A DNA stretch of 64,000 nt, from assembly GCA_021734125.1 (NCBI GenBank), contig JAIPJN010000001.1:26957-90956 (forward strand), read 5' to 3'. The translations under genes and the position numbers were made by a program. The notes beneath the pieces were generated by a model, which saw only the letters and a list, made by a program, of their open reading frames with translations, had not been told where the DNA came from and searched no databases. The number at the start of each line of letters is the position of its first letter. Positions within the stretch are counted from its first letter, which is position 1. This DNA comes from Patescibacteria group bacterium. GTDB taxonomy: Bacteria; Patescibacteriota; Patescibacteriia; JAGPKW01. This document shows, piece after piece, positions 53,846 through 63,979 of the stretch.

Positions 53846-54105
53846 ATTAATAATGAAATTAACATGAGTAAATTGCAATTATAATATTTTGGACTTTATT
53901 CTCCTTTTATTTTCTAATTTTTAAATATCTACTTTAACAACTAGCAAAAATTCTTGTTTTTAAGAACTCATGTAAATTGTTAAAAGGCAATAAAAAAAAC
54001 AACCCCGAAAAAATAACTAAACAAAAACAGTATTTAATATATTGGATATATAACTTAAGTCTTCAAATTAGCTTAGAGGTTATCTAAATTTTTATGATGT
54101 TGTAA

Positions 54106-54134
54106 ATTGTATCTCATTTTTTTTTATGTGTCAA
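54106..54134 (-). promoter_or_regulatory. Consensus sigma70-type promoter on the minus strand (TTGACA, 17-nt spacer, TACAAT), about 250 nt upstream of the 23S 5' end
   Basis: Reverse complement of 54129-54134 is TTGACA and of 54106-54111 is TACAAT. It overlaps the stop of the upstream membrane-protein gene. Confidence 0.35.
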
Positions 54135-55416
54135 GAGACAAATTATTTTTTAAATACATTGTATAAATAATCCCCAAAAACAGTAATCCCGTATTTTCGG
54201 TTATTAAAAAATGCTCAAAAAATCCATTTATTATAAATAATGAATATATAAATATTATTATAATACCTTCTTTATCTTGTTTTTTTATATTTTTTAAAAA
54301 TAAATAATAAGGAAAAAATAATATTAATAAAAATATAAAAAAGATAAAAATACCTGACTCTATTATTGTTAAAAGATATATATTATGAATGGGATTTAAT
54401 TCCCATATTTTAATTTCTGGATTTTTATTAAATAGATTAAATGTATAATTTCTAACTCCTACACCTTTTAATATATTAAGCTCATTAAAATCCATATTAT
54501 TATATTCTAAAACTCTTTCAGAATTAGAATTAATATTTAATCTACTTTCTGGATTTATTCTTATTTTTATAAAATTAAAATTAATAAAAATTAAAGATAA
54601 AAATATAATTAATATAATCGCCTTTTCTTTTAAATTTTTCTTATAAAAAATTAAGCTAAAAAATATAATAATTAATAAAAAAATATAAATTAATCTAGAA
54701 AATGAATATATAATTCCTATTATATTTAAACCTAATAAAAAATAATATAAATTTTTGTATTTAGTATTTTTAAATATAAAATATATTAATAATATACTTC
54801 CTAAAATTAAATAAAGACCTAAAATATTTGGATGTGTAAATAATCCATAACTTCTTAAAATTCTTAATCCATTTCCTTCTATTATTGAGGGTCCCAAGTC
54901 AGATGCAAATTTTCCAGCTAGACCTAAATATTTACTTGAGATAATATTTTGTTTATAAAATTGAAATATTGATATTATTGCTTGTATTGTAGATGAATAT
55001 ATTAAAGTTAAATATATTTTTTCTTTTATTTTTTCTTTAAAAATTATAATAAAAAACAAAAATAAATAAAATATTCTAACAATCCAATATATACTTATAA
55101 TTTTATTATTTAATAATATTAATATTGTAAATAAACTTAAAAATAAAATAATAAATTTTAAATTATTTTTGTTTTTTATTATTTTTATTAATTTTTTAAA
55201 ATTAAATAAAATATAAAATAGAATTAATATATCTATTATGTATATTGATATATTTCCATATTCAAAATATTGATTATTAATTCCCATTATTTCAAATATA
55301 TATCTTGTCTGAAAAGGTATTAAAAATATTATTAATAATAATAAAAAATTATTTATTTTATTTTTAGTAAAAATTTTTTTGATTTGTGATATAATTGTAT
55401 TATGTTTGAATATCAT
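54124..55416 (-). CDS. Polytopic membrane protein (430 aa), O-antigen ligase/Wzy-like
   Basis: About 11 TM helices. Similar in architecture to the protein at 10208..11464. Confidence 0.35.
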   Translation of the reverse strand: MIFKHNTIISQIKKIFTKNKINNFLLLLIIFLIPFQTRYIFEIMGINNQYFEYGNISIYIIDILILFYILFNFKKLIKIIKNKNNLKFIILFLSLFTILILLNNKIISIYWIVRIFYLFLFFIIIFKEKIKEKIYLTLIYSSTIQAIISIFQFYKQNIISSKYLGLAGKFASDLGPSIIEGNGLRILRSYGLFTHPNILGLYLILGSILLIYFIFKNTKYKNLYYFLLGLNIIGIIYSFSRLIYIFLLIIIFFSLIFYKKNLKEKAIILIIFLSLIFINFNFIKIRINPESRLNINSNSERVLEYNNMDFNELNILKGVGVRNYTFNLFNKNPEIKIWELNPIHNIYLLTIIESGIFIFFIFLLILFFPYYLFLKNIKKQDKEGIIIIFIYSLFIINGFFEHFLITENTGLLFLGIIYTMYLKNNLSLDT

Positions 55417-56097
55417 AATAAATTTAAGAAATATTTTAATATAAAGGAAAAACCTTCAAAAAAGGAGGAAATTTTATATAAAAAAGTTTTAAAATATACT
55501 AAACCTATATCTAGAATTCCTTGTATTAAGGGTATTTTTGTTTGTAATTCTTTATCTATGAACGCAACTAATGAAAATTCTGATATAGATTTATTTATTG
55601 TATCATCAAACAATAGGTTATGGATAGTCAGAATATTAACTACTTTATATTTTCAGTTTTTAGGAAATAGAAGAACTTCTAATAAAATAAAAAATAATTT
55701 TTGTCTTTCTTTTTTTTGTACAGAAAATGGGATTTCTGATTTTAATAAAATAAAAATAGAAAATGACATTTATCTATTTTTTTGGGTGTATTATTTAAAA
55801 ACTATAGTAGATAAAAATAATATATATAAAGATTTATTAAATTTATTTAATATAGAAAAAGAAAATCCAAATTTTGATAAATATAAATTAAATTTAAAAT
55901 ACAAAAAATCTAATAAAAAAAATAAATTTTTTGACTTTTTTGACTTTTTATTAAAGAAAATATTTATTAAAAAAACTATAAATCATAAAAAAAGATTAGA
56001 AAATCCTTGGGGTGTAATTATTAATAATGATATGTTAAAATTTCATGACAATGATATTAGAAAGAAAGTTAGAAATAAAATAATAAATGATAAATAA
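55402..56097 (+). CDS. Putative nucleotidyltransferase-fold protein
   Basis: Pol-beta-type motif [24 protein letters not shown], with G[GS] then a spacer then DID. Confidence 0.35.
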   Translation: MFEYHNKFKKYFNIKEKPSKKEEILYKKVLKYTKPISRIPCIKGIFVCNSLSMNATNENSDIDLFIVSSNNRLWIVRILTTLYFQFLGNRRTSNKIKNNFCLSFFCTENGISDFNKIKIENDIYLFFWVYYLKTIVDKNNIYKDLLNLFNIEKENPNFDKYKLNLKYKKSNKKNKFFDFFDFLLKKIFIKKTINHKKRLENPWGVIINNDMLKFHDNDIRKKVRNKIINDK

Positions 56098-57805
56098 GGC
56101 AAAAAGAACACTTAAAGAATATTTTGGTTATGAATCCTTTCGCCCTGGGCAAGAGGATATTATTTTGAATATATTAGAAAAAAAAGAGGTTCTAGGTATT
56201 CTTCCAACTGGTGCTGGTAAATCTATTTGTTATCAAATACCTGCAATTCTTTTTGAAGGTCTTACTATAGTTATATCCCCTCTTATAGCATTAATGAAAG
56301 ACCAAGTTGATAATTTAAATAGTAAAAATATAAAATCTGCTTATTTAAATAGTAGTCTTACCCCTTCTCAATCTACTAGAATTTTACAAGATTTAAAATC
56401 TGGTATTTATAAAATATTATATGTAGCTCCAGAAAGACTTGCTATGAAAAAATTTCAAGAAGAAATGAAAAAAATTGATATATCTATGATAGCAATTGAT
56501 GAAGCACATTGTATATCAGAATGGGGTCATGATTTTAGACCTAGTTATACAAAAATAAAAGATTCTATAAATAATATTTTTGAAAATAAAAATTATCCAG
56601 CTGTTGTAGCTCTTACTGCAACAGCAACTCCTTCTGTTAAAGATGATATTATTAAACAATTAAATTTTAAAGATCCAAAAATTTTTGTTTCTGGATTTAA
56701 AAGAGAAAATTTAGAATTGGTTTGTATAAAAACAAAAAATGATGAAGAAAAAAAAGAAAGGTTATTAAAATTAATAAAAAATATAAGAGGATCAAAATTA
56801 ATTTATACTTCTACAAGAAAAGCAGCTGAAGAAATAACTTTATTTTTAAGATCAAATAATATAAAAGCTTTGTGTTATCATGGTGCTTTAGATAGTCATA
56901 CTAGAAAAGGAATGCAAGAAAAATTTATAAATGAACAATATATTACAATGGTTGCGACTTCTGCTTTTGGTATGGGTATAGATAAATCAGATATTAGATT
57001 AATAGTTCATTATACTATGTCTGGGTCTATAGAAGCTTATTATCAAGAAATAGGAAGAGCTGGAAGAGATGGTAAAAAATCTAGTTGTGTTTTATTTTAT
57101 TCTCCTAAAGATAGAAAAGTTCATGATTTTTTTGTTTTATCCGGAAATCCAGGAATAAATATTGTAAAAAAAATATATTTAAAAATTTTGGAAAAATCTA
57201 ATATATTAGATAAAGATATAGTTCCAATATCAAATTATGATATTATGTCTTCTTATATTTATATAAATGAAATGCAAATATCTTCCTCAATTAAAGTTTT
57301 AGAAGAACAAGGTTTTATAAGTAAAGATACAGAAGCAAATTCAAATATAAAAATAAAATTAAATGAAGATTTTGATGCTATACTTAAGCAACTAAGTCCA
57401 AGGGCTAGAGCTCAAAAAGATTTGCTTTTTACTTTAAAAAGAGATTTAAATTTAGAAAAGAAAGGAGATTCTCAAGAATTTAGTATTGATGAATTTTGTA
57501 TTGCTTATAATATTCAAAGAAATAATATAAATAGAGTTTTAAATATTTTAGATAAAAAAGGTTTTATAAAATATATACCCCCAATAAAAGGTAGGGTTGT
57601 AAAAATATTATATAAAGACAAAAATATTGAAATAGATACCACTCATATAAATAAAAAAAAGAAAGATTCATTATCTAAAATAAATATAATGGAAGAATAT
57701 ATTTTAACTAAAATATGCAGACATAAATTTATATTAAATTATTTTGGAGAAGAATCTCATGAAGATTATTGTGGAATTTGTGATAATTGTTTATATAAAA
57801 AATAG
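56087..57805 (+). CDS. recQ: ATP-dependent DNA helicase RecQ
   Basis: [30 protein letters not shown] box [19 protein letters not shown], and an RQC/Zn region. Confidence 0.85.
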   Translation: MINKAKRTLKEYFGYESFRPGQEDIILNILEKKEVLGILPTGAGKSICYQIPAILFEGLTIVISPLIALMKDQVDNLNSKNIKSAYLNSSLTPSQSTRILQDLKSGIYKILYVAPERLAMKKFQEEMKKIDISMIAIDEAHCISEWGHDFRPSYTKIKDSINNIFENKNYPAVVALTATATPSVKDDIIKQLNFKDPKIFVSGFKRENLELVCIKTKNDEEKKERLLKLIKNIRGSKLIYTSTRKAAEEITLFLRSNNIKALCYHGALDSHTRKGMQEKFINEQYITMVATSAFGMGIDKSDIRLIVHYTMSGSIEAYYQEIGRAGRDGKKSSCVLFYSPKDRKVHDFFVLSGNPGINIVKKIYLKILEKSNILDKDIVPISNYDIMSSYIYINEMQISSSIKVLEEQGFISKDTEANSNIKIKLNEDFDAILKQLSPRARAQKDLLFTLKRDLNLEKKGDSQEFSIDEFCIAYNIQRNNINRVLNILDKKGFIKYIPPIKGRVVKILYKDKNIEIDTTHINKKKKDSLSKINIMEEYILTKICRHKFILNYFGEESHEDYCGICDNCLYKK

Positions 57806-57806
57806 A

Positions 57807-58382
57807 ATGTTTGACAAAAATATTCAAAATAAAATATCGGAAATTAGAAAATTTGGAAAAGAAAACAATATACCAAATGTTACTGAAAATGTTGGTCTTT
57901 TTTTAAATTTTATAATAAAAAATAATAAAAATATAAAAAATGTTTTAGAAATAGGTTCATGTAATGGTTTATCTTCTATTTATATGATTTCTGAATTATC
58001 TAAAAGAAATGGTAAATTAAATACTATAGAATATGTTCCCCACTCAATTTTAAGGCTTAAAAAAAATATTAATTCTTTAAACTTTGATAAGTATACAAAT
58101 ATTATTTCTTCTGATGCTATTTTATATTTAAATAAGTTAAATAAAAAAATAATAAAACCTAAATATGATTTAATATTTATTGATGCTATGAAAAAACAAT
58201 ATTTAGATTATTATCTAAATATAATAAATCTTATAAAAAAAGGTTCTGTTATTATATTTGACGATGTTATTAAATATAAATATAAAATGCAAAATTTATA
58301 TGATTATTTAGAAAAAGAAAATATAAAATATACTATAATAAATATAGATTTTGATGATGGGATTATGATTTTAAAAAAATAA
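57807..58382 (+). CDS. Class I SAM-dependent O-methyltransferase (family 3, caffeoyl-CoA OMT-like)
   Basis: VLEIGSCNGLSSIYM and DLIFIDAMKKQYLDYY. The start is moved to the ATG at 57807, just after the recQ stop. Confidence 0.6.
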   Translation: MFDKNIQNKISEIRKFGKENNIPNVTENVGLFLNFIIKNNKNIKNVLEIGSCNGLSSIYMISELSKRNGKLNTIEYVPHSILRLKKNINSLNFDKYTNIISSDAILYLNKLNKKIIKPKYDLIFIDAMKKQYLDYYLNIINLIKKGSVIIFDDVIKYKYKMQNLYDYLEKENIKYTIINIDFDDGIMILKK

Positions 58383-58396
58383 GGTATTTAAATACC

Positions 58397-58687
58397 CTAT
58401 TTTTTATTTTTCATATTTTTAATATATTTTTCAGCTTCTTCCTTTAAGGTCATTAAACTTTTTAATTCTCCCCAAGTTATTTCTTCTTTTTTATTATATA
58501 CTTTATCTTTTAAGTTTTCAGCAATTTTATTTATTTCTGATATAAGGTCCTCTATTTTTTTATCTTTCTTTTTGTATTCATCTTTATACCAAAAATAGCC
58601 ATTAAAGTTTAAAGCTGAATTTATTTTTCCTTCTATTTCTTCATGCAATATTTTTACATCATCTGATAACAGATCTAATATGTTCAT
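58397..58687 (-). CDS. Hypothetical 96-aa protein
   Basis: ORF only. Coupled to the leuS stop. Confidence 0.3.
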   Translation of the reverse strand: MNILDLLSDDVKILHEEIEGKINSALNFNGYFWYKDEYKKKDKKIEDLISEINKIAENLKDKVYNKKEEITWGELKSLMTLKEEAEKYIKNMKNKK

Positions 58688-61650
58688 TATATTATAATAT
58701 TTAGTAATTTATTTTCTATAAAGATAGTTTTTCTAATTTCTTTATTTTCAATATATTTTTTTAATTTAGCAGAAGAAATTGCCCTTTCTAATACCTCTTT
58801 TTGAGTTGAATCAATATTCATTTCTATAATTTCTCTTGGCTTTCCATTTATAGATATAACAAATTTTATAATATCATCTTTTATTAGTTTTTTATCATAA
58901 GTAGGCCAATTTACATCTCTTGTAATAATGTTTTTGTTGCCTATTTGACTCCATAATTCTTCTGTTATATGCGGAGCAAATGGGTTTAAAATTATTAAAA
59001 ATTTTTCAAATAAATCTTTTGATATTTCTTTTTCTTTTTTCATGTTATTTGAAAGAATCATCAAACTAGAAATTGCTGTATTAAATGAAAAATTATCTAT
59101 ATCTTCACCAACTTTTTTTATTGTTTTATTTGCTAACTTTTCTATATTTTTATGTTCTACATCATGTTCTACAACTTTATCTTTTAGCTGATAAACTCTT
59201 TCTAAAAATTTTCTCATTCCCAAAACTCCACCCTGACTCCATGATGCACTTTGTGAAAATGGCCCCATAAACATTTCAAATAATCTTAGAGAATCTGCTC
59301 CAAATTCTTCTACTATATTATTTGGATCTATACCATTCCCTTTCCTTTTAGAAATTTTTGTTCCATCTTCTGCCATTACTAAACCAACGTGTAATAATTT
59401 CTGAAAAGGTTCTTTAGTAGAAACCACCCCAAGGTCATACAAAAATTTATGCCAAAATCTGGCATATATTAAATGCCTTGTTGCATGTTCAGCTCCCCCA
59501 ACATATAAATCAACATTCATCCAATATTTTTCTTTTTCTGGATCAACCATTAACTCTTCATTTTTTGGATCTATATATCTCAAATAGTACCAACAAGAAC
59601 CTGCCCATTGTGGCATTGTATTGGTTTCTCTTTTTGCCTCTTCTCCGCATATCGGACATTTAACATTAACCCATTCTTTTATATTTACAAGAGGAGATTC
59701 TCCGGTTCCTGATGGTTCATAATTTTCTACATTTGGTAATTTAAGCGGTAAATCTTTTTTATTAAGTGATACTATTCCACATTTTGGACAGTGTATTATT
59801 GGAATAGGCTCCCCCCAATATCTTTGTCTAGAAAAAACCCAATCTTTTAATTTATAATTAACTTTTTTTCTACCAAATCCTTTATTTTTTGCAAATTCCA
59901 TCATTTTTTCTATAGCATCTTTAGTTTTAAGACCTGAAAACTCACCTGAATTAATAGTAATTCCATGTTCTGTAATAACTTTTCCATTTAAAAATTCTAA
60001 ATCCCTATAATCCTTTTCATACCCTCTTGTTTTTACTTGTTTTTCTTTAAATGCTTTTACAAATCTTTTAGAAATAATAAAATTATCATTAAAGTCTTCT
60101 TCTTTTGTTTCTATAAAATTATTATTAGAGTCTATATCTTTTATACTTATTTCTACTTCTATGTCAGAAAATACACATTTTATTTTTTTATCAGATTCTT
60201 CTTGTATCTTAAAATTTAATTTTTCAATTAATAAATTTTTTATTTGTTTTAAATTATTTTTTTCTACAAATAAATCAATATCCTCATGTTTTCTATATAC
60301 AACTGAAGAATAAATACTACAAGCTAATCCTCCAATTAGCCACATATTTATACTTTCTTTATCTAAAACTTCTTTTATTTTATATAATATATTGAATATA
60401 TTATTAGTTATATTATAATCATCAATATTATATACAACACTTTGTTTTATAGGTAAATTATATTTCTTAGCAAATTCAAAATCTCTAAAATCATGAGCAG
60501 GAACAGCCATTACAGAGCCTGTTCCGTATGAATTTAATACATAATCAGCGATAAAAACTTCTATTTTTTCATTATTAAAAGGATTTATAGCATATATACC
60601 CTCTAGTTTTACTCCATTTTTATCTTTATTTAGATCTGTTCTTTCTAATTCACTTTTATTTTTAATTTTTTTTATATATTCTTCTACTTCTTCTATATTT
60701 TCTATTTTCTCTTTTATTTCTGAAATTATTTTATTTTCTGGAGAAATAACAATATATGTACAACCAAAAATAGTATCTAATCTTGTTGTAAATACTGATA
60801 TTTTATTTAAATTTTTATTGTCTTTTACTATACTAAAATCTATCTCAGACCCCTCGCTTCTTCCTATCCAATTCTTTTGCATTTCAATTATCATATTCTC
60901 CCAGTCTAGAAGTTTTAAATCTTCTAACATTCTGTCTGCATATTTTGTAATTTTTAAAACCCATTGTCTCATAGGTTTTAATTCTGTTTCAGAACCACAT
61001 CTTTCACATTTTCCATTTTCTAAATCTTCATTTGCTAGACCAGTTTTACAAGAGGGACACCAAATTATAGGTTCAAAACTTTCAAATGCAAGTCTATTTG
61101 AATCAATATATTTTTTATCTTCGTTAGATAAAGAATAATAATCTTCTGTTTGAAATTTTTCTTTAATTAATTCTTTAATATCTCGAGCTTTATCTAATTT
61201 TTCATCGTAATAAGAATTATATAGTTTAATAAAAATCCACTGAGTCCATTTGTAATAATCAGGGTTTATTGTCATTATTTCCTTATCCCAATCATAACTT
61301 AATCCTATATTTTTTAATTGATTTTTAAATTTTTCAATATTTTCTAAAGTTGCTTTTTCTGGATGAATTTTATTTTTTATAGCATAATTTTCTGCCGGAA
61401 GTCCAAAAGCATCCCAACCCATAGGATGTAAAACATTATAACCTTGTAAATTTTTATATCTTGAATAAATATCTGTTGCTGCATATCCTTTAGGATGACC
61501 TATATGGAGTCCAGATCCAGAAGGATAAGGAAACATATCTAAAATATAAAATTTTTCCTTATTTTTTTCTTCTTTTGTTTTATAGACATTATTATCTTCC
61601 CAAATTTTTTGCCACTTTTTTTCAATTTCTTTATGTTTATATTCACTCAT
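58687..61650 (-). CDS. leuS: Leucyl-tRNA synthetase carrying an extra nucleotidyltransferase-like insertion
   Basis: HIGH motif PYPSGSGLHIGHP, editing-domain TTRLDT, and KMSKS as KISKRKGN. About 120-130 extra residues (approximately aa 431-560, nt 59970-60360) contain the motif MWLIGGLACSIYSSVVYRKHEDIDLFV. Confidence 0.9.
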   Translation of the reverse strand: MSEYKHKEIEKKWQKIWEDNNVYKTKEEKNKEKFYILDMFPYPSGSGLHIGHPKGYAATDIYSRYKNLQGYNVLHPMGWDAFGLPAENYAIKNKIHPEKATLENIEKFKNQLKNIGLSYDWDKEIMTINPDYYKWTQWIFIKLYNSYYDEKLDKARDIKELIKEKFQTEDYYSLSNEDKKYIDSNRLAFESFEPIIWCPSCKTGLANEDLENGKCERCGSETELKPMRQWVLKITKYADRMLEDLKLLDWENMIIEMQKNWIGRSEGSEIDFSIVKDNKNLNKISVFTTRLDTIFGCTYIVISPENKIISEIKEKIENIEEVEEYIKKIKNKSELERTDLNKDKNGVKLEGIYAINPFNNEKIEVFIADYVLNSYGTGSVMAVPAHDFRDFEFAKKYNLPIKQSVVYNIDDYNITNNIFNILYKIKEVLDKESINMWLIGGLACSIYSSVVYRKHEDIDLFVEKNNLKQIKNLLIEKLNFKIQEESDKKIKCVFSDIEVEISIKDIDSNNNFIETKEEDFNDNFIISKRFVKAFKEKQVKTRGYEKDYRDLEFLNGKVITEHGITINSGEFSGLKTKDAIEKMMEFAKNKGFGRKKVNYKLKDWVFSRQRYWGEPIPIIHCPKCGIVSLNKKDLPLKLPNVENYEPSGTGESPLVNIKEWVNVKCPICGEEAKRETNTMPQWAGSCWYYLRYIDPKNEELMVDPEKEKYWMNVDLYVGGAEHATRHLIYARFWHKFLYDLGVVSTKEPFQKLLHVGLVMAEDGTKISKRKGNGIDPNNIVEEFGADSLRLFEMFMGPFSQSASWSQGGVLGMRKFLERVYQLKDKVVEHDVEHKNIEKLANKTIKKVGEDIDNFSFNTAISSLMILSNNMKKEKEISKDLFEKFLIILNPFAPHITEELWSQIGNKNIITRDVNWPTYDKKLIKDDIIKFVISINGKPREIIEMNIDSTQKEVLERAISSAKLKKYIENKEIRKTIFIENKLLNIII

Positions 61651-61750
61651 TTTTTTATGTTACTTTTTTCTAAGAATACCATCAAATATAGACTTTTTCA
61701 AATTTTTGTATTTAATTAAAAAATATTTTATAAATAAAAAGAAACATGAT

Positions 61751-61840
61751 AAATAAAAAAGAACGCGCCGCGGCGCGTTCCCACAAAAATTTATTTTCTA
61801 TTTGTAAAATAAAAGGGCCAACGATCGTTGGCCCCTACAT
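61751..61840. repeat. Tandem pair of palindromic-element units: GAACGCGCCGCGGCGCGTTC-CCACA and GGGCCAACGATCGTTGGCCC-CTACAT. Each is followed by the same tttattttctatttgtaaaa flank.
   Basis: Two perfect 20-nt palindromes 44 nt apart with a duplicated 3' flank. On the minus strand each is followed by a U-tract, so both are terminator-like for the upstream oxidoreductase operon. Confidence 0.85.
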
Positions 61841-61844
61841 AATT

Positions 61845-62816
61845 TTATTTTCTATTTGTAAAAATTTCTAATTCTTGTAATTCTTCCCATCTTCTATCAA
61901 CTTCTTTTTGAGTTTTTTCTATTATTTTTTTACCCTTAGCATTTTTAAATAAATGCTTAAATCTTCCTTGTGGTTTTAAGAATTCTTCTACTTTTAATTT
62001 CTTGGAAGGTTTATATGTTATTTTATATTTTCCTTCATCAACTTCATATAAAGGCCAAAAACATGTATTTGCAGCTATTCTAGATATTTCCATTGTAGTT
62101 CCTGGGGCTATTTTCCAGTTTACACAAGGAGATAAAACATCTATTACTGCTGGCCCCTTTTTAGAAAAAGCTTTTTCTGCTTTATTATATAAATCTATTA
62201 AATCATGAACAGCTCCTTGAGCTACATAAGGAATATTATGAGCTAAAGCTATTTTTAATAAATCCTTTCTAAGTTCTTCTTTACCTAAATGCTCTTTACC
62301 TGCAGGTGCTGTTGTGGTACTAGATCCTAATGGACTAGCTGATGATCTTTGATTCCCTGTATTCATATAAGCTCCATTATCATAACAAACATAAACAAAA
62401 TCATCACCTCTTTCTAAAGCACCTGATAATGATTGAAGCCCTATATCATAAGTTCCCCCATCTCCTCCAAATGCCACAAATTTTACTTTTTTATTTTTTA
62501 ATTCTTTTCCAAATTTTGGCAAATTCTTTTCGTCTTGTTTTTGGATAAAATCATAAGCAGCCTCTGCTCCACTTAATGTTGCAGCAGCATTTTCAAAAGT
62601 ATTATGGATCCATGGAACACCCCATGAAGTATATGGATAAATAGTAGATGTTACTTCTAAACATCCTGTTGCATTAGAAACTACTACATTTTCACCAGCT
62701 GCTGCTAATATAGTTCTTACAATCATAGGAAAAGCACATCCAGCACACCATCTGCCACCTGAAGCAAAAGCTTCTTGCTTTTGAATTTTTTTTGCTAATT
62801 CTTTTGGTGTAATCAT
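61845..62816 (-). CDS. 2-oxoacid:ferredoxin oxidoreductase, beta (TPP-binding) subunit
   Basis: GGDGGTYDIGLQSLSGALERGDDFVYVCYDNGAYMNTGNQ TPP motif, and a Cys-containing N-terminus. Confidence 0.75.
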   Translation of the reverse strand: MITPKELAKKIQKQEAFASGGRWCAGCAFPMIVRTILAAAGENVVVSNATGCLEVTSTIYPYTSWGVPWIHNTFENAAATLSGAEAAYDFIQKQDEKNLPKFGKELKNKKVKFVAFGGDGGTYDIGLQSLSGALERGDDFVYVCYDNGAYMNTGNQRSSASPLGSSTTTAPAGKEHLGKEELRKDLLKIALAHNIPYVAQGAVHDLIDLYNKAEKAFSKKGPAVIDVLSPCVNWKIAPGTTMEISRIAANTCFWPLYEVDEGKYKITYKPSKKLKVEEFLKPQGRFKHLFKNAKGKKIIEKTQKEVDRRWEELQELEIFTNRK

Positions 62817-62818
62817 AT

Positions 62819-63979
62819 TTATTTTCTTACTCCAATATAATCAATTTTTGTTATATTGTATTTATTATTAAGTAAACTATCAAAAATACTTTCTATATCT
62901 TTTTTAAATAAATCTCTTCCTCCTAATCCGAATACATAAGAAGCTACGTCTGGAATTTTTTTACCTTCTTTGTGTGTATTAATTGCTATTTTTATATCAC
63001 TTGCAAGCGGAGGAAAAGCTCCTCTAGACATTGATCTGTCCATTACTCCAATAACCTTTGCATGGGAAATTGCTTTATATATTTCTTTATAAGGAAATGG
63101 TCTAAATAATTTTGGTTTTAAAATTCCAACTTTTTTACCTTCTTTTCTATATTTTTCAACAACTTCTTTTGCTGTCCCAGCTGATGAACTAAGAACAATT
63201 AAAATAGCTTCAGCATCTTTAATTTTATAACCTTCAAATAATGGATAATTATTTCCAGTAACTTCTGATAATTCTTTTCCTATTTTTGTATATTCATCAA
63301 TAATACATTCAAATCCTTCTGCTTCTTGAAATTTAGTTTCAAAATAATAGTCTGTAAGTTCTAAAGGACCATAAGTTAAAGGCTTATCAAGATTTAATAA
63401 TGGATTTTTTGGAGTATATTTACCTATAAATTTTCTGATTTTTGAATCACTAAATATTTCAACATTTTCAACTGAATGTGATGTTATAAATCCATCTTGC
63501 ATCACCATAGAAGGAAATAAACATTTTTCTGATAATCTAAGCGCAAGTAATGTATTTTCATACGCTTCTTGTGCTGTTTCTGAAAAAATTTGTATCCATC
63601 CAAGATCACGACAAGCCATAGAATCTGAATGATCACAGTGTATATTTATGGGAGATGAAACAGCTCTATTTACAACAGGCATTACAACAGGAAGTCTCAT
63701 CCCTGGGGTTGCTGCAACTACTTCATGCATAAGTTCTAATCCATTTGATGAAGTTGCTGTCATAGATCTAACCCCTGATGCACTAGCTCCTAAAACCGCG
63801 CTCATGGCTGAATGTTCTGATTCCACTCTTATTATTTCTGTATCTACTAGGCCATCTGAATGATATTTTGCAAAAGTCTCTACAATTGGAGTTTGTGGGG
63901 TTATTGGATACATTGCTACTACTCCGGGATTTATTTGTCTCATAGCTTCAGCAACGGCTTGTGAACCTGTAAGTGGCAA
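62819..63979 (-). CDS. 2-oxoacid:ferredoxin oxidoreductase, alpha subunit
   Basis: N-terminal TGSQAVAEAMRQINPGVVAMYPITPQT, typical of the PFOR/KOR alpha domain. Confidence 0.7.
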   Translation of the reverse strand: MPLTGSQAVAEAMRQINPGVVAMYPITPQTPIVETFAKYHSDGLVDTEIIRVESEHSAMSAVLGASASGVRSMTATSSNGLELMHEVVAATPGMRLPVVMPVVNRAVSSPINIHCDHSDSMACRDLGWIQIFSETAQEAYENTLLALRLSEKCLFPSMVMQDGFITSHSVENVEIFSDSKIRKFIGKYTPKNPLLNLDKPLTYGPLELTDYYFETKFQEAEGFECIIDEYTKIGKELSEVTGNNYPLFEGYKIKDAEAILIVLSSSAGTAKEVVEKYRKEGKKVGILKPKLFRPFPYKEIYKAISHAKVIGVMDRSMSRGAFPPLASDIKIAINTHKEGKKIPDVASYVFGLGGRDLFKKDIESIFDSLLNNKYNITKIDYIGVRK

